Source: Candidatus Saccharimonadota bacterium
Lineage (GTDB): Bacteria > Patescibacteriota > Gracilibacteria > Absconditabacterales > Absconditicoccaceae
DNA: 32,000 nucleotides
Reading direction: 5' to 3'
NCBI GenBank assembly: GCA_965231145.1
Contig: OZ246420.1
Span: 390,001 to 422,000 of the forward strand
Of the stretch, positions 20,578-30,244 are shown one piece after another. Numbering within the stretch: position 1 is the stretch's first letter; each line of letters begins with the position of its first letter. The notes beneath the pieces were generated by a model that was not told the origin of the DNA, searched no databases, and worked only from the letters and a program-made list of their open reading frames with translations. Made by a program: the position numbers and the translations under genes.

Positions 20578-20859
20578 TTATTTACAATATGACTTGTCTA
20601 CATATGTTTTATTTCCACTATTATTTACATAGTAACATCCGTCTTTAGGTCACTTAATATATTTAATGGTAATCTTCTTAGTTGAAGGTAGCTTACAGTA
20701 TGACTTATGGCAATGATATTGATCTGTCTTATAGCCGTATCTTGCACAGTTTGTCCTGCAATAATGACCTCCATTAGAATCTAATCCACCAGGACTAGCA
20801 AAGGTGAAGCTTGTGATTCATACTAATGTAGTAATAAGCAATAAAAGTGCTTTCTTCAT
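20578..20859 (-). CDS. Secreted YHYH-motif protein with a C-terminal GPxxGxYY basic motif (93 aa under code 25)
   Basis: Absent from the track because of TGA at 20818-20820 and 20650-20652. Signal peptide MKKALLLLITTLV[TGA]ITSFTFA, then SPGGLDSNGGHYC..YGYKTDQYHCH (YHYH-family pattern), then IK[TGA]PKDGCYYVNNSGNKTYVDKSYCK. TAA stop at 20578-20580, 19 nt before the lipoprotein start. Confidence 0.65.
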
Positions 20860-21013
20860 GCCGGCTAAATGAAAGAATAAATATGGCTAAAGATTATCCT
20901 TATGGGATATTATTACAACATAAATAAGATATTGTAATTATGTTTTTGTGTATTTTCACTCCTCCGCCGCTTCGGAGGGCCAATTTGAATTTGTGTACGA
21001 TCATATTTTTATA

Positions 21014-21038
21014 TAAAAAAAAAGGAGCTTTCGCTCCC
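21014..21038 (-). terminator. Rho-independent terminator after the DEAD-box helicase gene
   Basis: Stem ggagc (21024-28) pairs with gctcc (21033-37), and the minus strand continues with T9 (plus-strand A-run 21015-23). Confidence 0.6.
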
Positions 21039-22313
21039 CTATCTTCCATGAGATCTTTTCTGGTTGTGTCACCATTTTTTGCCTTCGTTTCTATGATTAC
21101 TATTTGGGTGGGCTCTTCCTGAAGATCATGTATTTCTTGGTGGTCTTTGTTGCTTCTTTGGAGTTGGTGTATAGACGCCGTTTGTATAAGGATGATCTTT
21201 TACTACCGGGATATCTTGTTTAATAAGTTTTTGAATCTCTTTGATGTGCTTTTTCTCTTCTGTGTCAGAGAATACAATAGCTTTCCCTTGTGCTCCTGCG
21301 CGTCATGTACGACCTATGCGGTGCACATATGTTTCTGGTTCGGTAGGAACATCATAGATGAATACATGAGATAGCAAATCAATATCAATACCTCTTGCTG
21401 CAATATCTGTTGCGACAAGAACTCTTATTTTCTTTTCTTTAATATCTTTCAACGCATTTTGCCTTGCGCCTTGTGACTTGTTTCCATGAATAGCAGCAGC
21501 TTTAATCCCCGCTTTTGCAAGAACAGTTGTTACCTTGTCTGCTCCATGTTTTGTCCTCGTAAATACGATAGCATTTTCTATGCTTGTGTCTTTCAGAAGA
21601 TGTAAGAGAAGATCTTTTTTATCTTGTTTTTCTACGTAATAGAGCGATTGTCAAACTGTGTCTACTGCGGATGAGACAGGAGTGATTTCCACTTTCACAG
21701 GATCTTTCAATATCGTATGAGCAAGCTCCAATATTGCTTTTGGCATAGTAGCAGAAAAGAAAAGCGTTTGTCTTTTGAAAGGAACTTTAGAAACTATTTT
21801 CTTCACATCATGAATAAATCACATATCTAACATACGATCTGCTTCATCGAGGATAAGCATCTTCACATATCAAAGATTGATATGCTTTTGATTGATAAGA
21901 TCGAGAAGTCTTCCTGGAGTCGCAATAAGTATGTCTACTCCTTTGCGAAGTGTCTTTACCTGTGGTGCTTGTCCTACTCCACCAAATATAACAGTGTGTC
22001 TGAGGCCTGTATGTTTTCCATATGCTGCAAAATTTTCACCTATTTGTATGGCTAGTTCTCTTGTTGGCGTAAGTACAAGTGCTTTGATGCGATCTTTGTC
22101 CTCTCCTCCTTGTGGTGCTGAGTATAACATCTGTAATGTCGGAATAGCAAATGACGCTGTTTTCCCTGTTCCTGTTTGTGCACATCCAAAGAGGTCTTTC
22201 CCTGAGAGTACAACAGGAATTGACTGTGCTTGAATGGGCGTTGGAGTCGTATAACCCTCTGATTCAAGAGCTTTCAGTATCGGTTCAATGAGTTGTAAGT
22301 CGCTAAATTTCAT
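21039..22313 (-). CDS. DEAD-box ATP-dependent RNA helicase (RhlE-like, 424 aa under code 25)
   Basis: I walked the frame from 22313 to TAG 21039-21041 and found 5 in-frame TGA (21069, 21303, 21651, 21819, 21870). Motifs are the Q-motif [23 protein letters not shown][TGA]F, SAT, and HRIGRT[TGA]RAG, with a basic C-terminal tail. Confidence 0.9.
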
Positions 22314-22360
22314 GTTTTAATTATTTCAAGAAGATGGTAAAATTATTTAATCTGCTAGTA

Positions 22361-22388
22361 AGTATACGGTAAAATTGTTATAAGACAA
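22361..22388 (-). promoter_or_regulatory. Candidate promoter of the helicase gene
   Basis: The minus strand reads TTGTCT (22388-22383), 16-nt spacer, TATACT (22366-22361). Confidence 0.3.
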
Positions 22389-22391
22389 ATG

Positions 22392-22413
22392 AAAAAAGAG
22401 GATTTAATCCTCT
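22392..22413 (-). terminator. Rho-independent terminator after tex
   Basis: Stem agaggat pairs with atcctct (22397-22413), and the minus strand then runs into T6. It starts right after the tex TAA stop. Confidence 0.55.
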
Positions 22414-22414
22414 C

Positions 22415-24694
22415 TTATCACCAACTAATATTTCATTTTATGCTGCTTTCGCCTGGTGTCTCTTTCTTAGGCATTGTATTTCTTGGTACTTGTTTAGCTG
22501 CTGGCTTGACTGTTCATTCATTGAGTGTTTTCATGCTCAGACTTACTTTTTCTCTTTCAAGGTCTACTTCCAATACTCTTACTTTTACTTGCATACCTAC
22601 TGATACAACATCACTAGGGTTTGCAACGAAGCGATCTGCGAGCTGAGATTTATGTACGAGTCCATCATTATGTAGACCGATGTCGACAAACGCTCCAAAG
22701 TCCGTTACATTTCTTACTGTCCCATCGAGTACCATACCTATTTGCAGATCTTTTGTTTCAAGAATATCTGATTTAAATGACGGTGGTTCTATGTTTTCGC
22801 GAGGATCTAGTCATGGACGTTGTAGCTCCTTTATGATATCTGAAAGTGTTTCAAAACCTATGTCATATGTGGTAGCCCATGATTGAATAGTCTTTTCATT
22901 TGCTGTTTGAAGCTTAGCGTCAACGAGTGGTAATTGTAGTTTCTTTTTTGTGAGACCAAGCTCTTTTTCAAGGAAGTCATATGTCTTGTCATACATTTCC
23001 GGATGGATGCCTGTTGCATCGAGTGGTTCTTTTCCTCCGATGATACGTAGAAATCCAATACATTGTTCATATGCTTTAGGTCAAAGTCCTTTTACTTTTT
23101 TCAGCTGAGACTTACTAGTAAACATGCCGTTTTCATCACGATAGGTGACAATATTTTTTGCGATAGTGAGAGACAATCATGCGATGTATTGCAAGAGTGT
23201 ATAACTTGCCGTATTCACATCAACGCCAACACTATTCACGACATCCTCTACTCTTTCATCGAGTTTCTCCATAAGAAGTTTCTGATCTACATCGTGTTGA
23301 TATTGTCCTACTCATATAGATTTTGGATCAATCTTTGTAAGTTCAGCAAGTGGATCTTGTACACGATGAGCAATGCTGATCGCTCCTCTGACTGTCACAT
23401 CGAGATGTGGATACTCTTCCTGGGCAAGTTCTGATGCTGAATAGACAGATGCTCCTGCTTCAGAGACGATCATATATTTCGTATCCAGCTTATGCTCTTT
23501 AATGAACTCACTGACAAAGCGTTCTGACTCACGAGATGCTGTACCATTTCCGATAACAATAAGATCAACACTATATTTCTTTATCATATCGAGTAATTTC
23601 TTTTGTGAATTTTGTATTTGTGCATCTCCGTTTGTCGGATAGATGACGTCATTGTAGAGAAATTTTCCTGTCTGGTCTACCACAGCAAGCTTGCATCCTG
23701 TACGGAACCCCGGATCAAAACCAAGTACAGTCAGTCCTCTCACAGGAGGTGTAAGTAATAGATGTTTCATGTTTTCTCCAAAGACCTTTATTGCTGCTTC
23801 ATCTGCCCAACGCTTCTTATTGCTATGTATCTCTCTTTCAACCGATGGCAATAACAATCTTTCAAGTCCGTCTTCAATTGCCTGCTTTAGATAGACAACG
23901 ACGCTACCAGCATTTTTCGGGATAAATTCTTGCTCTGCAAGATCTATAATCCTTGGCATAGAGAATGTAAGACCTGTAGAAAGTTGTTTCTCTTCTTCTG
24001 CTCTGGCTATAGCGAGATATGCGTATGAAGGCATGTCTGCTATCTTTTTGCTATAATTAGCATAGATCTTATAGACTCCATTTTCTTCAAATGTTTTGCT
24101 TGTCTTCGTGGTGAGCACGGCATTATTCTCTTCGAAGGTACGTATGTTGTCACGAAGTGATGGACTATCACTCACCTCTTCAGCAACAATATCTTTTGCT
24201 CATTGGATTGCTTCAGTGCTATCAAATACAGATGTCTTTTTATCTCCCGTATCTTTGATGAATTTCTCTGCTTCCACAATAAATTCTTCTTCTGTGATAA
24301 GACATGTGCGAAGGATCTCAGCAAGAGGTCAAAGCCCTTTGGCTTTAGCGATAGTTGCTTTGGTGTTCTTCTTTTCCTTGAAAGGTCTATAGAGATCTTC
24401 CACTCTTGCAAGTGTCTCTGCAGCCATGATTGCAGCTTCAAGCTCAGGGGTCATAAGTCCCTTTTCAGCTATAAGACGAATGACGTCGAGCTTACGCTGC
24501 TCGAGATTTTTCGTATATGTGTAGATCTCATGAAAGTCGCGAAGCTGTTCGTCAGTTGCCCCTTCAGTTAGTTCCTTACGATAACGAGCGATGAAGGGAA
24601 CGGTATTCCCCTGATCTAAAAGATCTATAATTACCTGTACGGTATTTTTGCTCATGCCTACTTTCTTGACGATGTTTTGTATAAGATCTGCCAT
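22415..24694 (-). CDS. tex: Tex-like transcription accessory protein (YqgF/HhH/S1 domains, 759 aa under code 25)
   Basis: Track fragments 24329..24694, 23312..24175, 22811..22996 and 22514..22735 share one frame. There are nine in-frame TGA (24329, 24200, 23312, 23177, 23081, 22811, 22514, 22433, 22418). Motifs include [11 protein letters not shown][TGA][11 protein letters not shown][TGA][13 protein letters not shown], and the S1 domain [19 protein letters not shown] stop at 22415-22417. Confidence 0.9.
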
Positions 24695-24848
24695 ATCTTT
24701 CCTGTATTATTTTATAAAATCGTACCCGCCAGTATAGCATTTTAGCTGGTAAATACCAGAGATCATACAATCTTTATTTGTGTCTATGTTTGTCTATATT
24801 TCTTCTTCCAAGGGTTGTTATTTCCAATAAAATAACTATCATACTGCT

Positions 24849-25613
24849 ATGAAATCCCTCGCTAAAAACCTTATTTTCTGAGCATGACTTCTTGCGGCAA
24901 CTTCGCTCCCTGATGGGATTTTAGCGCAGACAAATAAAAGAGGTAGAATTCAACTTATAGAAGTATTGGATACGCCAAAAGTGTCTATTAGTAGGATCGC
25001 AAATAAGAAGCCTATAGAAGCTATTAAAAGAAATCCTGAGATAAACAGATCTATCTATAAAAGTATTCATACTCTGGATAGCATGGTATCCAGCTTACAA
25101 AAACGGGATACCGTGAATCATATTGTATGAGAAGATATATGTTTTATCTGGAAAAAAGATGGATGGCAAACTGAACTCACAGTTCATACTGCTACTCCTC
25201 ACGCTTCTACCTATCCTGCAGAAAACCTACTCTATGTCTTTGATTTCGTAAAAACGAAGACAGATGAAAAATGAGATGTTATCTATGGCAATAAGAGAGA
25301 GACAATTCGTCAGTGAGTTTCAAGAAAGATACTTGTAGAAACTATAGGCGGAGAGCTATATGCTTACTATAAAGACTATGATAATAGCAGGTATATGGAT
25401 GTCGCTACTCCGCTCTCTGATACAAAAGTAATGCGATCTGATGCTCCTGATTTTTTTGTTCCAGAAGACGCAGCTAAACGATATGCTTATAGAAAGATCG
25501 GTTCTAAAAAATTAGCGTTTGAGGTTGAGAATATTCGTCTTCTTCTTGAACAAGCAAAAAGAGATTATCTTCATTATATTCATAAAGATAACCCCAAAGA
25601 AAGTATAAAATAA
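24849..25613 (+). CDS. Secreted hypothetical protein (254 aa under code 25)
   Basis: ATG 24849 shares a frame with track ORF 25395..25613. Five in-frame TGA, two of them in the signal-peptide h-region (MKSLAKNLIF[TGA]A[TGA]LLAATSLPDGILAQ). I read the frame through with no TAA/TAG. No recognisable family. Confidence 0.6.
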
Positions 25614-25614
25614 T

Positions 25615-25636
25615 AAGCCGGACATCCGGCATTTTC
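25615..25636 (+). terminator. Rho-independent terminator
   Basis: Hairpin gccgg-acat-ccggc (25617-25630) followed by attttc. Confidence 0.45.
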
Positions 25637-25704
25637 AATTGACAACGAAGGCTGAAAAGCTAAATACTTATTCAATTACTTCTTTATATTCTTATTGTCA
25701 TTCT

Positions 25705-25854
25705 ATGTTAGTGGTCAATGTAATAGGATTACTCTTTCTTATACTTATTATCGTACTTATCGTAAACTACTCTGCATGGTTCTTTATTCTTCTTCTTATC
25801 CTCGTCGTCGCGTATGTAATTGCGCTTGGGAAAGTACAGAGAGAAAAGAAATAA
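25705..25854 (+). CDS. Possible small two-TM membrane protein (49 aa from ATG 25705; the track uses TTG 25639)
   Basis: The hydrophobic sequence MLVVNVIGLLFLILIIVLIVNYSAWFFILLLILVVAYVIALGK could simply reflect AT-rich low complexity. Confidence 0.3.
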   Translation: MLVVNVIGLLFLILIIVLIVNYSAWFFILLLILVVAYVIALGKVQREKK

Positions 25855-25871
25855 GTCGTATATACATGATT

Positions 25872-25900
25872 AAAAAAACTACTCATAAGAGTAGTTTTTT
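25872..25900. terminator. Bidirectional hairpin terminator between convergent small ORFs
   Basis: Hairpin aaactactc-ataa-gagtagttt flanked by an A-run upstream and a T-run downstream. Confidence 0.5.
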
Positions 25901-25907
25901 AGTATGA

Positions 25908-26244
25908 TTATTTTTTAGGATACATGCTGTAGAGGAAGCCTAAGAGGTTTGATTTGGTATTACTAGTCGGAAAGAGGTGGATAGTTGTTCGTATGTATCT
26001 TTGTAAAATGATATTGAGCTCTTGTTTTTTGCTAATAAGACCGTCTATGGCCCGCAAATAAGTGCTTACAGAACTGATAGTAACGAGCTTGTATAAAATC
26101 TCTGATTTCATGTCTTTCTATCCTCTCATTCTTTTTCCTGCTGAGTAATATTTTTTTGCTTCCGTTACTCCACTCTTTCAAAAAGCGAGAGCCGTCTTGA
26201 ATAACGACTTTTTTCTTGTTTTTGAGGAATACAATGAGTTTCAT
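25908..26244 (-). pseudogene. Two overlapping out-of-frame ORFs (26032..26244 and 25908..26111); a frameshifted gene or an overlapping small-gene pair
   Basis: The ORFs overlap by 80 nt with a +1 frame offset. No TGA is involved, so recoding does not explain the split. An A7 run lies at 26149-26155. No family recognised. Confidence 0.25.
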
Positions 26245-26391
26245 AGTAGCTGTTGGTTATGAAGTAAACTTTTTCCCAACATCCGCTTGTTACTCCTTTT
26301 TAGCTATCTTGCAAGAGCAAATAATCTTTATGTAGACGAAAATATCCTAATATGCTATGCAGTATATTGACAGCTGATTTTTCTGATTTAC

Positions 26392-26416
26392 TAAAAAATC
26401 CTGCATTGAACAGGAC
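26392..26416 (-). terminator. Rho-independent terminator after the HTH-TM gene
   Basis: Stem tcctg pairs with cagga (26399-26415), and the minus strand is followed by T6. Confidence 0.45.
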
Positions 26417-26442
26417 TTTTTATAAAATAATAGCTTTTTTTA

Positions 26443-27024
26443 TTATCCTTTGATGAAAATGAAGATGATAATGATAATAATGACAATAAACATAATAGAC
26501 ATCCATACGATGTTTTTTGTTCTTTCTCCTTTATATCCGCTGTAGACTTCTTTGAGCTTTCCCTCAAGTCTTTCCTTTTCTATGAGAAGTTTCTGCTTTT
26601 CTTCAGTATGTTCAGGAAGTGCGATCATGCTTTTCATTCTACCTTCGAGTTCACCAAGCTTTTGTTGGAGAACAAAGATGACTTTGTTCTTGTCTTCAAG
26701 CGCTTTGTCTTTTTCTGTTATTAGTCAGAAAAACTGATCGAGTCTTTCATTGATGCCTTGATTTCCTCCGCCGTTGCTTGAAGAAGAAGGCTTAGCAATT
26801 GCATTATTGCTAGATGAAATAACTTCAGTATACTCTGCGTCCTGACGAAGAAGATTGAAATCATCCTTAATGGTGTCTACTTCTTCTTTTGCAAGAATAA
26901 CTTTATTAGCAACTTTTTTGTATGATAGTTTGCCAGATTTTACATACCTATCAATAGTTCTTGTAGAGACTCCGAGATACTGTGCTGCAGCTTCGCGAGA
27001 GATGTTATAGCTCAAGTCAGACAT
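26443..27024 (-). CDS. Membrane-tethered HTH protein: N-terminal excisionase/MerR-like HTH, Ser/Gly linker, coiled coil, C-terminal TM helix (193 aa under code 25)
   Basis: Track ORFs 26725..27024 and 26443..26637 share a frame, joined via TGA 26725-26727. I walked the gap and found no TAA/TAG. HTH is AAQYLGVSTRTIDRYVKSGKL, and the C-terminal TM is IVWMSIMFIVIIIIIIFIFI. Confidence 0.7.
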
Positions 27025-27028
27025 CGTA

Positions 27029-27406
27029 TTAGAAAATTTTCTTAAGAATTAAAGTGAGAAGAGTGATGATAATTGACAGTATAAATGTCTGTTCTATGCT
27101 TCCGAGGCGAACAGTGATATCCAATCAAAGCATGCTTACGACATACTGAAATGCATAGAGTATGATCATATTGAGGATAATACTTGCAATACCAAGTGTC
27201 AGCATGTTAATAGGAGTAGCCAAGAATTTCAGTATCTTTCTTATCACCCAGTACATCAGCCAGAAGATAGCTCCCAGCAAGAGCAACAACGGTGTTGCAG
27301 CCCATGAAAGAGGCTCTATGGTCAATCCTCACTGAGGAATGTACAAGGCTGTTATGACCAATACGAGCGTATTGATAATGATAGAGAGAACAAGTCAACC
27401 AAGCAT
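27029..27406 (-). CDS. YvlD/DUF360-type ('phage holin 4_2' family) small membrane protein (125 aa under code 25)
   Basis: ATG 27406, with in-frame TGA at 27395, 27329 and 27125, and TAA stop at 27029-27031. Four hydrophobic helices, with the central ..RKILKFLATPINMLTLGIASIILNMIILYAF.. resembling the family pattern. It ends 4 nt before the HTH gene start. Confidence 0.6.
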
Positions 27407-27580
27407 AGTCTGGACATGTCGAGACGAATTAAATGTCGATTTCACCAAAGGTGACGTAAGGTCACTTATAAAAATATTCTTGACAGTTGCAAGAGAAAAT
27501 ATTGACAGATTTTTACTAATATGGACAAAAAAGATTGCCCTTTTACAGGCAATCTTCCTTTATCTTGTATACATATGCTC

Positions 27581-28000
27581 TTAGTTTTTTTTCATGCATT
27601 TCCCGGTAAGGATGCTTGCTACGAAAATGAGTACAAATGTCAGCCAGAAATACCACTGAGTGTAATATTGCAACAATTGCTTCATCCCTTCTATTGTTGT
27701 TCCCCCAGGCATTGCTACGGTCCACATAAGTATGTCCATGATGAATCCTACTATGACCATGTAGATGGCAAAGTAGAATCCATAGATCGTACCTTTCTTT
27801 GTCTTTTTACCACGGAAGTAGAGCCATGCTGCGAGCCAGCAAAGAAGAGCTGCTCCTATTGAAGAAACAATACATAGCCATAATGGTGGCGTACTCATTG
27901 CTGTCATGTCCAATCCGGCTACCGTAGTAGTAATCATACCTACGATCATCGTCAGGATATATGCTAATACTGCAAATCCTATTGCTCTTCGTGCCTTCAT
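27581..28000 (-). CDS. Hypothetical 4-TM membrane protein (139 aa)
   Basis: Intact ORF with no TGA and a TAA stop. It has four long hydrophobic segments. Confidence 0.55.
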   Translation of the reverse strand: MKARRAIGFAVLAYILTMIVGMITTTVAGLDMTAMSTPPLWLCIVSSIGAALLCWLAAWLYFRGKKTKKGTIYGFYFAIYMVIVGFIMDILMWTVAMPGGTTIEGMKQLLQYYTQWYFWLTFVLIFVASILTGKCMKKN

Positions 28001-28038
28001 ATTTCAACGTATTAACTAATAAAACAAACTTACTTATA

Positions 28039-28104
28039 GGGCTAAGGGACGAGGGCAGAGGGATAAGTGTTTTCCCTTATCCCCGATCCCTTTATCCTTA
28101 GTCC
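28039..28104. repeat. G/C-rich imperfect long palindrome between trpS and the membrane-protein gene
   Basis: The perfect core is gggataag (28060-67) pairing with cttatccc (28076-83). The arms extend imperfectly and carry iterated AGGG (left arm) and ATCCC (right arm) motifs. Confidence 0.5.
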
Positions 28105-28114
28105 TTGTATTAGC

Positions 28115-29098
28115 CTATAAGATGAAGCCAACTTTTTTGTATACTTCCTCAATCTTCGCTTGTGCTATCGCTTGTGCCTTAGGTGTCGACTCATTGATAA
28201 TAGCAATAATCTCTTCATCAGTAATCTTATTGTATCTTTCCTGGATTGGTTTTACGAATTCGACGATCTTTTCATAGAGATAATCTTTCACTTCTTTGTA
28301 TCCCATGCCGCCGTCGGTATATCTTTTTCTGATGGCTATATCTTCATCCTTGGTGAGAAATAATTTCAATATATTATACACGTTACACGTGTCAGGATCC
28401 TTCGGCTCCTCTACTCACTTCGTATCCGTAGAAATTACTTTGACCTTCTTGAGAATCGTCTTCTCGTCATCCATTAGACCAATGTAATTATTGTATGACT
28501 TAGACATCTTACGCCCATCGATTCCTGGTACGACAGCAACTGACTCTTCTATCTTAGGTGTCGGTTCTTTCAATGTCTCTCCAAAGAGTTTATTGAATCT
28601 TGCTGCTATGTCACGAGCGTATTCTACATGCTGTTTCTGGTCTTTTCCGACAGGAACAACATCGGTATCATACAATAGAATGTCAGCAGCCATAAGTATT
28701 GGATAGCTGAATACCCCAACTGAAATTTCACCAGCTTTTCCTTTCGCAACAGAATCTTTATAAGCATGCATGCGTTCCGCGGTTCCCATGTTTGTAATGC
28801 ATTGTAATACCCATGCAAGTTGTGAGTGACCAGGAATCATTGCTTGATTGTAAATAAGACTTTTTTTAGGATCTATTCAGCATGCGAGATAGAGTTTTAG
28901 AGCGTTGAAACTATATTGACGTATCTTTTCTGAATTATGAAGCGCTGTCAATGAATGCATGTTAGCAAGGAAGATAAATACTTCATATTCTCCCGACTCC
29001 TGGTATTTAAGCATCTGAGGAATCTGCATTCCAAAGTAATTTCCAATATGAAAATGCTCTCCTGTTGGTTTAAGTCACGTAAGTAATCTCTTCTTCAT
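28115..29098 (-). CDS. trpS: Tryptophan--tRNA ligase (327 aa under code 25)
   Basis: I walked the frame and found in-frame TGA at 29075, 28877 and 28415. Motifs are MKKRLLT[TGA]LKPTGEHFHIGNY (HIGH region), PVGKDQKQH, and GRKMSKS. TAG stop at 28115-28117. Confidence 0.9.
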
Positions 29099-29187
29099 AG
29101 TCGTCTTTTCTAAAAATAAAACTTCTTAGTTATGTTACTTGTGATCAATGATTTTCCCTTATTATATTTCGAATTCAACATTTAGAA

Positions 29188-30141
29188 TTATAATAAGTTC
29201 GCTTCAATAACTCTTCTCGCATTGCTGTAGAGGACTTTTTCTGTAATGATGCTTCCAAACCTCTCAAGCATTTTTGATTCTAGTAACGATATTCCTCTGA
29301 CATCTTCAAAGCCTTTTACCGTTTTGTCTTTTGGTACTCCATGCCAATCAGTTCCAATGCCTACATGATCTTCACCAATACGATTGATGAGATAGTCTAT
29401 CTGATCGAGATACATATCCATCGTCACTTCAGGCTCACTACTTATGAACGGCTGGTAGATGCTGACTCCTACTACTCCGCCATTCGCCGGAAAGAGATCA
29501 AGAATGTCGTCAGGGATATTTCTTTGGTGTGCATGTAATGTATAGACATTGCTATGCGAGTTCAAGATGGGTTTTGTGCTCTGCTGCAAGATCTCTCTCA
29601 TGCCCTGCCAGCTCATATGCGCTGTGTCAATGATCATTCCTCGTTCGTTCATGGCATGCATGACCTCATAGCCAAGTGGTGTGAGTCATGACTCGCTCTT
29701 ATTGCCTCCACTGAGCGGCGTATCGTGATTCCATGTCCGTCCAAATGATCTTACTCACTGATCATACAGAGCTTTCAGCTCACTGACAGAGGCTAATGTG
29801 TCATGTCCTTCTAAGTGAATAAGTATCTTACATCATTCTTTATTGAGATCTTCTTTGTTCATGACAAGAGGGATCTTGCTTCACCAGCTTTTGTAACCAT
29901 CAAGTCATGTTTGAATTCCTGTGCGATTAAATGAGATGACTCTGTTATGTAAGTCCTGCATATCGCCTTCACATGTATATGGTCGGACAGCTCCAAATAT
30001 AAGATCAAAACGATTTTTGTAGTCTTCAAATATCCCCACGTTGCATTGCGGCATAAGTGCTTTTCACTCTTCGCTAAAGAATGCTTCCGGCTTAGATTCA
30101 AATGTCAGGATAAGGTCTTGATGTAAATCTATTATCTTCAT
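29188..30141 (-). CDS. Membrane dipeptidase family (peptidase M19) protein (317 aa under code 25)
   Basis: I walked the frame and found six in-frame TGA (30064, 29905, 29881, 29833, 29755, 29686). Motifs are MKIIDLHQD, ALYDQ[TGA]VRSFGRTWNHD, S[TGA]LTPLG, IIDTAHMS, NSHSN, and GIGTDWHG. Confidence 0.85.
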
Positions 30142-30167
30142 ATAACTTACTTACTTATAAATATAGC

Positions 30168-30237
30168 AGCAATTAGATTATAGATGTTAGATTATAGCAA
30201 AAAGTTGCTAACATCTAAAATCCAACATCTAATTGCT
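30168..30237. repeat. AT-rich compound palindrome between the M20 and M19 peptidase genes
   Basis: The outer stem is agcaattagat (30168-78) pairing with atctaattgct (30227-37). The inner stem is gatgttag (30183-90) pairing with ctaacatc (30208-15). The left arm has TTAGATTATAG twice and the right arm has ACATCTAA twice. Confidence 0.5.
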
Positions 30238-30244
30238 ATGTGGA

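Noticed and set aside
20940-21374. Plus-strand ORFs 20940..21122 and 21147..21374
   Set aside because: The first spans an intergenic hairpin and terminator region. The second is antisense to the helicase C-terminus (motif VI frame).
27029-27406. The 'phage holin family' membrane protein as evidence for a prophage or mobile element
   Set aside because: The DUF360/YvlD family is widespread in chromosomes. I saw no integrase, terminase, capsid, lysin, att-like repeats or tRNA target nearby.
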